Source: the human T2T-CHM13v2.0 reference genome, Homo sapiens. From it: a stretch of DNA of 64,000 bases. Location: NCBI RefSeq assembly GCF_009914755.1, contig NC_060935.1; one strand, given 5' to 3'. The first letter of the stretch is position 1. Each line of letters opens with the position of its first letter. Under the pieces are notes generated by a model. That model was not told the DNA's origin, ran no database searches, and saw only the letters and a program-made list of their open reading frames with translations. The position numbers were made by a program, and so were the translations under genes. Positions 53,949 through 64,000 of the stretch are shown here, piece by piece.

Positions 53949-56900
53949 CAAGTCCCTGATCTTCCTCCTTACTGAGCAGGACTGCAGGACATCCCGACCA
54001 GGGACTCCAGCTACCCCTGCTGGTGTTTTCTGGATGGCAGCAGTTTCAAATCTCCCTGAGATCACCCTAGAGCTGCAGTCTTACAAGAAATCTCAAAGGG
54101 GTACTATATATGGAAAGAAAAGGCTGTTACCAGCCAATAAAAATACACACTAGGTACACAGACCAGTGACACTACAAAGCAACCACACAAACAAGTCAGC
54201 ATAGTAACCAGCTAACAACACAATTACAAGATCAAATCCACACATATCAATACTAACCTTGAATTTAAATGAGTGAAGTAACTTGTTTAAAAGACACGAA
54301 GTAACAAGCTGGATAAAGAACTAAGATCCAATAGCATGCTGTCTTCAAGAGACCCATCTCACATGCAGTGACACCCATGGGCTCAAAATAAAGGGATAGA
54401 GAAAAATCTACCAAGCAAATGAAAATCAGAAAAAATCAGAGGTTGTTATCCTAATTTCTGACAAAACAGACTTTAAAACAACAAAGATTAAAGAAAAAAA
54501 AAAACAGAAAAATATTACATTATGGTAAAAGGTTCAATTTAACAAGAAGAACTAAATGTCCTAAATGTATATGTGCCTGATACAGGAGCACTCCGATTCA
54601 TAAAATAAGTTAATATTTACCTACAGAGGGACTTAGACTCCCACACAATAATAGTGGGAGACTTCAACACACCACTGACAGTTTTAGATAGATCATTGAG
54701 GCAAAATATTAACAAAGATATTCAGGACCTAAATTCAACATTGGACAACATAGATCTAATAGACATAAACAGATCTCTCTACCCAGAATATACATTCCTC
54801 TCATTGCCACCTGGCACATACTCTACAATCAACCACACTATCGAACATAAAACAACCCTCAGCAAATGTAAAAAGAAATGAAATTATATCAAATACACTC
54901 TTGGACACCAGCACAATAAAATTAGAGATCAAGACTAAAAAAATTGCTCAAAACCATGTAATTACATGCAAATGAAGCAACCTGCTCCTGAGTGACTTTT
55001 GGGTAAATAATTAAATTAAGGCAGAAATCAAGAAGTTATTTGAAATTAATGAGAATAAAAATACAGCATACTCAAGTCTCTGGGACACAGCTAAAAGGGT
55101 GTTAAGAGGGAAATTTATAGCACTAAATAGTTATAAAGATCTCAAATTAACAACCTAATATCACAACTAAAAGAACTAGAGAAGCAAAAGCAAACCAACC
55201 CCAAAGCTAGCAGAACACAAGTAGTAACCAAAATCAGAGCTGAACTGCAAGAGACTGAAACATACTAACAGAAAGATACATTCAAAAGATCAACAAATCC
55301 AGGAAATGGATTTTTGGGGGAAAAAAAATAGGCCACAAGCTACACTAAGAAGAAGAGAGAGAAAATTCAAATAAACACAATTAGTAATGGCAAGGGGATA
55401 TTACCACTGACCTCAGAGAAATACTAATAATCATCAGAGACTACTATGAACATCTTTGAAAATCTAGAAGAGACAGATAAATTCCTGGACACATACACCC
55501 TCACAAGACTGAACCAGGAAGAAATTAAATCCCGGAAAATACAAATAATGAGCTCCAAAATTAATCAGTGATAAACAGCCCAAACCAAAAACACCCAGAA
55601 CCAGACAGATTCACAACCATATTCTACCAGATGTACAAAGAAAAAGTGAAATCATTACTACTGAAACTATTCCAAAAAATTGAGGGGGAAGGATTCCTTC
55701 TCAACTCATTCTATGAAGCCAGTATCATCCTGATACCAAAATTTGGCAGAGACACAACAACAACAAAAAACATTCAGGCTGCTATTCTTGATGAACAGAT
55801 ACAAAAATCCTCAGTAAAACACTTGCAAACTGAATCCAGCAGCACATTAAAAAACTAGTCCACTATGATCAAGTAGGGCTTATCCCCAGGATGCAAGGTT
55901 GATCCAACATATGCAAATCAATAGATGTAATTTATTAAATAAACAGAGCAAAAGACAAAAACCACATGATTATCTCAATAGAGGCAAAAAAGTTTTTTGC
56001 TAAATCAACATACTTTTATGTCCTCAATAATCTAGGTATTGAAAGAATATACCTCAAAATAATAAGCCATCGATGACAAACCCACAGCCAACATCATACA
56101 CAGTGGGCAAAAGTTGAGAGCATTCCCCTTGAAAACTAGCAGAAGACAAGGATGCCCTCTCTAACCACTCCTATTCAACATAGTATTGGAAGTCCTGGCT
56201 AGCAATCTGGCAAGTTAAAGAAATAAAGGGCATCAAATTAGGAATAGAGGAAGTCAATCTATCCCTGTTTGCAGATGACATAGTTCTACATATAGAAACC
56301 CCATAGACTCAGCCCCAGAGCCCCTTAAGCTGATAAACAACTTCAGTGAAGTCTCAGCATACAAAATTACTGTATTAAAATCACCAGCATTCCTATACAC
56401 CAACAAAGGCCTAGCTAAGAGGCAAATCAGTAATGCATTCCCATTTACAATTTGCCACAAAGAGAATACAATACCTAGGAATACAGCTAACAAGGGAAGT
56501 GAAAAATCTCTACAATGAAAATTGCAAAACACTGTTCAAGGAAATCAGAGATGACGCAAATTGGAAAAGATTCAAATTGGAAAAGATTCCATGCTCATAG
56601 ATAGGAAGAATCAATATCATTAAAACGGCCATGTTGGCCAGAACAATTTACAGATTCAATGCTATTCCTATCAAGCCACCAATAATATTCTTCACATAAC
56701 TAGAAAAAACTGTTTTAAAATTCACATGGAAACAAAAATTATCTGAAATATTCAAGGTAATGCTAAATAAAAAGAACAAAGCTGTAGGCATCACCCTACC
56801 TGACTTCAAACTATACTACAGGGGCATAGTAACTGAAACATCATAGTACTGGTACAAAAGCAGAAAAATAGACCAATGGAACAGAATCAAGAGCAAAGGA

Positions 56901-57305
56901 ATAAGGCCACACACCTACTACCATTTGATCTTTGACAAAGCTCACAAAACCAAGGAATGGGGAAAGGACTTCCTATTCAATAAATAGTGCTGGGATAACT
57001 GGCTAGCCATATGGAGATGATTGAAACTGGAACCCTTCTTTACACCATATATAAAAATCAACTCAAGATGGATCAAAGACTTAAATTTAAAACTCAAAAC
57101 CATAAAAATCCTGGAAGGCAACCTAGGTAATGCCATTCTGAACATAGGAACATGCAAAAATTTCATGACAATGACACCAAAAGCAATTGCAACAAAAGCA
57201 AAAAATGACAAATGGGATCTAATTAAACTAAAGAGCTTCTGCACAGCAAAAGAAACTATCAACAATGTGAACAGACAAACTGTAGAATTTGCGAACAAAT
57301 TTTGC
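52907..57305 (+). mobile_element. Older L1PA (L1PA13-16/L1PREC2-like): 5'UTR, ORF1 mostly deleted, ORF2 lacking its 3' end
   Basis: The 5' end reads ggccaagatggctgactagaagcagc. Near 54065 the sequence jumps to the ORF1 end. ORF2 fragments ([34 protein letters not shown]) follow. No poly(A) or second TSD is present. Confidence 0.85.
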
Positions 57306-57902
57306 AAACCTTTAGCTGGACTAACTAAATAAAAAAACTGAGAAGATTACAATAAACAAAATCAGAAATAAAGGAGGAGATATTACAACTGATATCACAG
57401 AAATACAAAGGATCATGAGAGATTATCATACACCAACAGATTGGATAACCTAGAAGATACAGATGTATTCCTGGACACATACAACCTACCAAGTTTGAAT
57501 CATAAACAGAAAATTTGAACAGACCCATAATGCCTAAGTAACCAGTAATAAATTTCTTTCATCAAAGAAAAGCCCAAGACCAGATGGCTTCAAGGCTAAA
57601 TTCTACCAAACGTTTAAGGAACAAATACCAATTCTCACACACTTCCAAAAAACAGAAAAGAAGAGAATACTTCCAAACTAATTTTATGAGACCAGCATTA
57701 CCCTCATTAAAACCAGAGAAGGACACCAGAACTGTTTTCCTTTCTTCTGGTGTCATTTTCTGGTTTTAAGATTAGGCTAATCCTGGTCAACCTCCCTGGT
57801 GAATGTACATGCAAAAATACTTAACAAATTGTTTAAAAAATAAATTCAACAGTGATTAAAATGAGCATTCACCATGATCCAGCGGGATTCTTTCTAGGTA
57901 TA

Positions 57903-58288
57903 TGTTTTAGTCCATTGTCGCATTACTATAAAGAACTACCTGACACTGGGTAATTTATGAAGAAAAGAGGTTTAATTGACTCACAATTCTATATGTTGTA
58001 CAGGAGACATGGCTGGCTGGGGGGCCTCAGGAAACTTACAATCATGGTGAAAGGTAAAAGGGAAGCAAGCTGGTCTTCACAAGGTGGCAGGAGAGATAGT
58101 GAGAGAAGAGGGAAGTGCTGCAAACTTTTAAACAACCAGATCTCATGAGAACTCACTCACTATCATGAGAACAACAAGGGGGAAATCCGCCTCCATGATC
58201 CAGTCACCTCCTACAGGTCCCTCTCCCAACATTCGGAATTACAGTTTGACATGAGATTTAGGTGGGGACACAGAGCCAAACCGTATCA
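57903..58288 (-). mobile_element. MSTA-like MaLR solo LTR
   Basis: tgttttagtccattg...ctataaagaactacctga...ggggacacagagccaaaccgtatca, with a perfect 5-bp TSD GTATA at 57898-57902 and 58289-58293. Confidence 0.9.
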
Positions 58289-59296
58289 GTATATGAAGGT
58301 AGTTCAATATACAAAAATAAATAAATGTAATACATAACAAATGACACAAACCATATGATCATTTCAATAGATGCAAGAAAAGCATTTGACAAAATTCAAA
58401 ATTATTTCATGATAAAAAGATTCAACAAACTAGGTATAGAAGGAATGTACCTCAACACAATAAAGGCCATAGATGACAAACCCATAGCTACCATCATACT
58501 CAATGGCAGAAAACTGAAAAGTGTTCCTCTGATATCCAGAAAAAAACAAGAATGCCCACACCTACCACCTCTATTCAACATAGCACTGGAAGTCCTAGCC
58601 AGAGTAATTAGGCAAGAGAAAGAAATGTGGGGCATTCACATTGGAAAGGAAAGACATGAAATTGACCATGTTTGCAGATGACATGATCTCCAAAAACACT
58701 CTACCAAAAAAACAGTTAAAACTAATAAACAATTTCAGTAAAGCTGCAGGAGACAATATCAATATAAAAAAATTGTGTTGTTAATATAAATGAACAGTGA
58801 ACTATCTGAGAAAGAAATTAAGAACACATTAACATTTGCAAAAGATTTCTTAAAAGATAATATTCTTAGGAATGAATTTAAGCAAGAAAGTGAAAGATCT
58901 CTACATTAAAAACTATAAAATACTAATAAAAGAAATTAAAGAAGTCACAAGCAAATGGAAAGATATTCTATGTTTACAGATTGGAAAAATTAATATTGTT
59001 AAAATGCCAAGAATAGCCAAAGAGATTTACAGATTTAATGTAATTTCTATTAAAATACAAGAGATATGCTTCACAGAAATTGAAAAACAATCTTAAAATT
59101 TGTATGGAACCACAAAAGACTCAGAATAGCCAAAGCAATATTAAGCAAAAAGAATAAAGCTGGAGGAATAGCAGTACCTGCCTTCAAAATAAATTAGAAA
59201 GATATGGTAATGCAAAGAATATGGTACTGGCATAAAGACAATGGGACACTATAAAGAGTCCAGAAATAAATACACACATTTACAGCCAAATGATTC

Positions 59297-60260
59297 TCTT
59301 TTTAAATTGTTATTATAGATTCAGGAGATACATGTGCAGGTTTGTTACATGGATATATTGAATAATAGTGAGGTTTAGGTTTCTAGTGTACCTATCACCC
59401 AAATAATGAACATTGTACCCAATAGGTAATTATTCAACCCTCACCCTCCATACACTTCCCCCACTGGATTCTCCAGTGTCTATTATTTCCATCTTTATGT
59501 CCATGTGTTCCCATTGTTTAACTCCCACTTAATAGTGACAGTATATAATATTTGATTTTCTATTTCTGAGTTATTTTATTTTGGACAATGACTTCCAGCT
59601 CCATCCTTGTTGCTCCAAAAGACAGTATTTCATTCTTTTTATGGCTGTGTAGTATTTCATGATGTATATATACCACATTTTCTTAATCAGTCATGTGTTG
59701 ATGGGCACTTAGGTTAATTTCATGGCTTTGCTACTGTGACTAGTGCTGTGATAAACATATAAGGGCTGGTGTCTTTTTATATAATGATTTCTTTTCCTTT
59801 GGGTAGATGCCCAGTAGTGAGATTTCTAGGTTAAATGGTAGCTATATCTTTAGTTCTTTAGGAAGTTTCCATACTGTTTTCCATAGAGGTTGTAGTAATT
59901 AACATTCCCACCAACAGTGTATAAGCATTCTTTTTTCTCTGCATACGCATCAACATTTGTTATTTTTGACTTTTTAATAACAGCCATTCTGACTGGTGTA
60001 ACATGTTATCTCATTATGGCTTTGATTTGATTTCTCTGATGATTAGTGATGATAAACATTTTCTCATGTGTTTGCTGACTACTTCTATGTCTTATTCTGA
60101 GAATAATCTCTTCATGTCCTTTTTTGACTTTTTATTGTTTTTTATCTTACTGAGTTCCTTGTAAATTTAACAAATAGTATTAGTCCTTTGTTGAATGCAT
60201 AGCTTGCAAATATTTTCTCCCATTCTAAATGTTGTGCATTTACTCTGTTGATTATTTCTT
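59297..60260 (-). mobile_element. 5'-truncated L1PB/L1MA1-like element inserted antisense in the L1MA
   Basis: 3'UTR 'tacatggatatattg...tgaacattgtacccaataggtaatt' with a degenerate TSD ttacagccaaatgatt / ttatggtcaactagtt. Confidence 0.8.
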
Positions 60261-62615
60261 TTTATGGTCAACTAGTTTTTGACAAAGTTGTCAAGAAAGC
60301 ACAATGGAGACAGGATAGTCTCTTTAATTGTGTTGGGAAAACTAAATATCTACATCCATAAAAATGAAATTGGATTCTTATTTCAAACCATATACAAAAA
60401 TCAACTCAAAATGAATTAAAAACATAAACATAAAACCTGATATTATGAAACTAGGAGAAAACATGGGGGAAATACTCTATAACACTGGTCAGGCAATAAT
60501 TTTTTTGGATATGAGATCAAAAGTACAGGCAAGAAAGGCAAAAATAGAAACATGTAATCACATCAAATTTAAAAGCTTCTGCACAGAAAATGCAACAATC
60601 AGCAGAGTAAAGAGAAAACCTTAAGAATGGGAGAAAATATTTGCAAACTGTACATCTGATAATCGGTTAATATTCACAAAATACAAGGAACTGAAGCAAC
60701 TCAATAGTAATAAACTTATATCCAATTTAAAAATGGACAAAGAACCTCAATCAACATTTCTCAAAAGAAGACATACAGGTGGCTAACAGGTATATGAAAA
60801 AATGTTTAACATTACTAATTATCAGAGAAATGCAAATTAGGACCACAAATAGATATCACCTCACTCCTGTTAGAATAGCTACCACCAAAAAGACAAAAGA
60901 AAAAGGAACCCTTGCACACTGTTGATGGTAATGTACATTAGTACATCCACTATGGAAGACAGTTGGAGGTTCCTGAAAAAACTACAAATAGAATTACCAT
61001 ATGATCTAGCAATTCCATTACTGGGGATTGAAGAGATGTTGGTAAACAGATACAAAATTAGATAGTAGGAATAAGTTCAAGATACCTATTGTACAGCAAG
61101 GTGACCATATTTAATGATTACATATCTGGAAAGACGCTAAAACAACTTCCCCTGTCTGAAATATTTTATTCCTCAGCAAGACACTTCAGCACTGTACTCA
61201 AACCTTCAATTGTTCTCCTATAATTTCTTATAGTTAGTTTCCTTTTAAATTTCTCTCCTCTAGGAGCCTTCCAAGACATCTACTATGCCACCAGTATTGT
61301 TAAGCACCTTCCTGTGTCATTCCATAGTCTTGGAGTTACCCCTTAATACATTATTTATAACAGAGCACTCTGCATTTCTTTGCCTATATTTTCCACAGAA
61401 CACGAATATATATAAGGTTGTGTCATGTCTTATGTCCTCATATTTAGGGACTCAATGGATTTTTCTTTGATAAATTAATGAGCTTGCCATACCCTTTCTA
61501 ATCTGGCTTTCTTATGATCAGAATTACTTATTGGCAAAAGTGCCGGTAGCCATGGAATGTGGTAACAATAAAATGCCTCAAAGAAATATAACCCATTACC
61601 TTAAGTCTTATATGTTCATATTTTCCTGCCCCAAGTTAATGTTTTCACCCCAAAAATCTCCTCATGAATATTAATATAGTGATTTTCAATCTTTCCTATT
61701 CTTGGGCACACTTTAAATTCTAGAATTTTCATCCCAAACTTGCAGATTACATTTATTTATGATATTCCACTATTTTCTTAGTCTCCTTTCAGTAGTCCGT
61801 CATTATTGGGTAGAACATTTCATGATATTACTCCCTTCGCTTAACAGAGATCTTTCATGTTTCTGTAAATGAGCCATTTCCATCTTATGCTACCCTTTTT
61901 GCTTTATTCACAGCAAGAGGTACTCACTTATATAAAATCTTGCAAAGCCCTCTACTTAACATTCCATCTGCTATATGTCAAAGTAATAATATGTATTCTC
62001 TGTTGCTTCTAAAGCAAATTTTATGCATCATTTAAATTTCATGGCTGGCCCAATACTGAAGGGTTTGACTGACATCAGTGCACTACGGCTGACTTGTTAC
62101 AAACGACCTTCCTAAAAGGACTTTTCACATCTATATACCTCTGACCATCAGTGAAAATGATTTTATTATGGCCCTTTGCAACCCAGGTCTTCACACCTTC
62201 CTTAAACAAAACTTTTGGCAAAATAACCACATGTGGCCTCAGAATAAGGAGTTCTTGATTCTGCACCTCAAAAAAAATTGTTCCATAGCAGCACCATTAC
62301 TACAAATGTTCTCATTTATTCTAGCATTATTTTATCAGGGGCTAAATTTGTTTTTGGAAAGAAGGTGATCTTATTGAAGAAAGTGAGCATGCAAAACAAA
62401 CGTTGTCAAAAAGTTTCTAGCATGGTCATTCTGATCGTGTCTCTTATGTCCTTATTGTATGTTAAGATGGGCTACATCGATCCCCTTTTTCTTAAGGAAA
62501 ATTGAGAAGTGAAGCATCAAGATTTAGCTAATATAATACACTAGGAAGAGATGTCTGGAAATCCATATGGAATTTATGTCCCTTCATTTTATAAGGCCCA
62601 AACCATCTTTGTTAC

Positions 62616-62618
<3 letters not shown>

Positions 62619-62665
<47 letters not shown>

Positions 62666-62679
62666 CGCGTGTGCATGTA
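62619..62679. repeat. (TG)19(CG)6 alternating purine-pyrimidine tract
   Basis: Read directly from the sequence. Confidence 0.95.
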
Positions 62680-64000
62680 GGTGGGTGCTTAGTGGGTGCT
62701 TTCTGTTGTCCTTAATAAGAATTAAATTCCATCTTTTTTCTTAAGAAAATAAGTGACCAAAGTCATCTAGTGCCTTAGGCCCTAAATCCTAGCCAGAGTA
62801 ACAGATTCATTTCTTTTCTTTTTTTTTTTTTTTCATTCTAACTTTACTAACTAGCCTTCAGTCACTGCAATTCTTAACCAATAATTAACCTTACTTCAAC
62901 AATAATTAACCATGACAGAAAAAGCGTAGCAGGAATAGTTAGAGTGAGGGGGTGGAGAGTAGTACACGTTTTCTTTCATGAAAACAGAGTCGGTTTTACA
63001 AAAGTTAAATTCAACTGAAGAGATGTGACAAGAAAGATATAACAAAAATGGTAAAAATGGTAACCAGGAGGAAGAAGATGAACCTCTGCTGTATTTTCAT
63101 AGCACGTTTCCAAACCTCTATTCCTATCCTTAGTATATTGAATTGTAAATATTGTTCACTGGCTTGATAAATGATGAATGAACAAATAATATCTCCTGGT
63201 TTGTAATGAGCATGGAAAGTTTCGTAATGGTTCTAGGAACTGAACTCAGTGCTCATGAACTACTAGGAATCCAGATATAGAGAGTGCCATGAAAAAGACA
63301 CAGAAGACAGAATGAACTCAGCATAGTAGTGGGACACTTAGTTTAGTGCAGGTACAGAGATAGGCATGACCTTAGAATCTGTCATCTCTAGCCAATTTAA
63401 TCACAGGGGTACATTTTTCTTTCTAATGAGAAAGAGTAATTTGCAACCACTTTTTTTTTCTATTTTTACAACCTAATACTTGTAGTGAAGGAGTCAAGTC
63501 TTTTGGGCTCCTGGTGACTATTAAGGTGGAGGTTGCAAAGCAATGTGTGTAAATAAAAGAAAAACCTGAAAGGACACATCTATCACAGCTCAATTAAAAG
63601 TCTTATTAGAAATAAAGCTCTTTTATTCAAACAGCTTTATTAAATATTGAGAAAATGTATATAACTAGGAAGGCACTATGTAGATAACATGAAATATGCT
63701 GGTTAATTAGTTATACTTTCAGATGGCAAAAAACTTTCTTATTGTAAAATGTCATCTGGAATGTTATCATTTAAAAGTCAGTAATGAAAACAAAAATTAA
63801 TAAGAACTTTAATGCAATACCAAAGTGTGCAGGAAATAAATGTCACCAGTCTGCAGAAACAAGATCTCTTCTGGCATTTATCATTTAATTTGGTTTTCCA
63901 TCAATCTTAGCTTTAAAAAAAACTGAAAAGCCCCTAGTCACAATTTGTTAGCCTATTTAGGAAGCCACTGTCTTTAATAACAGAGACAATAAGAAGGCCA

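Larger units (their letters stand above)
57306..61143 (+). mobile_element. L1MA-like ORF2 and 3'UTR (interrupted)
   Basis: ORF2 remnants ([30 protein letters not shown]) and a 3'UTR 'gatacaaaattagatagtaggaataagttc'. Confidence 0.8.

Noticed and set aside
57903-58288. The missing remainder of the MST LTR interrupted at 52906
   Set aside because: It is a complete LTR with its own GTATA TSD and MSTA-type sequence, so it is an independent insertion.
62075-62505. Three overlapping 63-75 aa ORFs as a coding exon or processed pseudogene
   Set aside because: There is no recognisable homology, stops occur in all frames over the region, and no clear splice pair, poly(A) or TSD is seen.

Overview
This is AT-rich, CpG-poor hominid (human or great-ape) genomic DNA, probably intronic or intergenic. 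By rough hand summation about 55-60% of it is LINE-1 derived. I found no host protein-coding gene, RNA gene or CRISPR array, and almost every ORF in the track is an L1/Alu remnant, its antisense shadow, or low-complexity sequence. Main contents: (1) a young full-length L1PA2-like element (-, 2523-8539, 10-bp TSD) with intact ORF1 and ORF0 but a four-lesion ORF2, nested in an older L1PA13-like element; (2) a full-length L1PA7/8-like element (+, 11492-17607) lying head-to-head with it; (3) a twin-primed inverted L1 insertion with a ~3.3-kb internal gap (20050-20963); (4) a full-length L1PA11/12-like element (-, 36608-43155); (5) a near full-length BLACKJACK-like hAT DNA transposon whose decayed transposase is invisible to the ORF track but readable by motif (43251-46517); (6) a perfect 121-bp tandem duplication (46934-47175); and (7) a deletion-scarred nest of L1MA/MLT2A/MST/L1PA/L1PB pieces (50.8-61.1 kb). 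Alus, MER1B, MER20, two MER53, MER31, MLT1 and microsatellites are also present. I found no convincing new biological system. The best leads are the L1PA2 (possible EN-only ORF2p, and a point change creating an AP-1 site plus a perfect antisense splice donor), the hAT fossil and several rearrangement scars. Subfamily names come from recalled consensus features and should be confirmed with Dfam/RepeatMasker.
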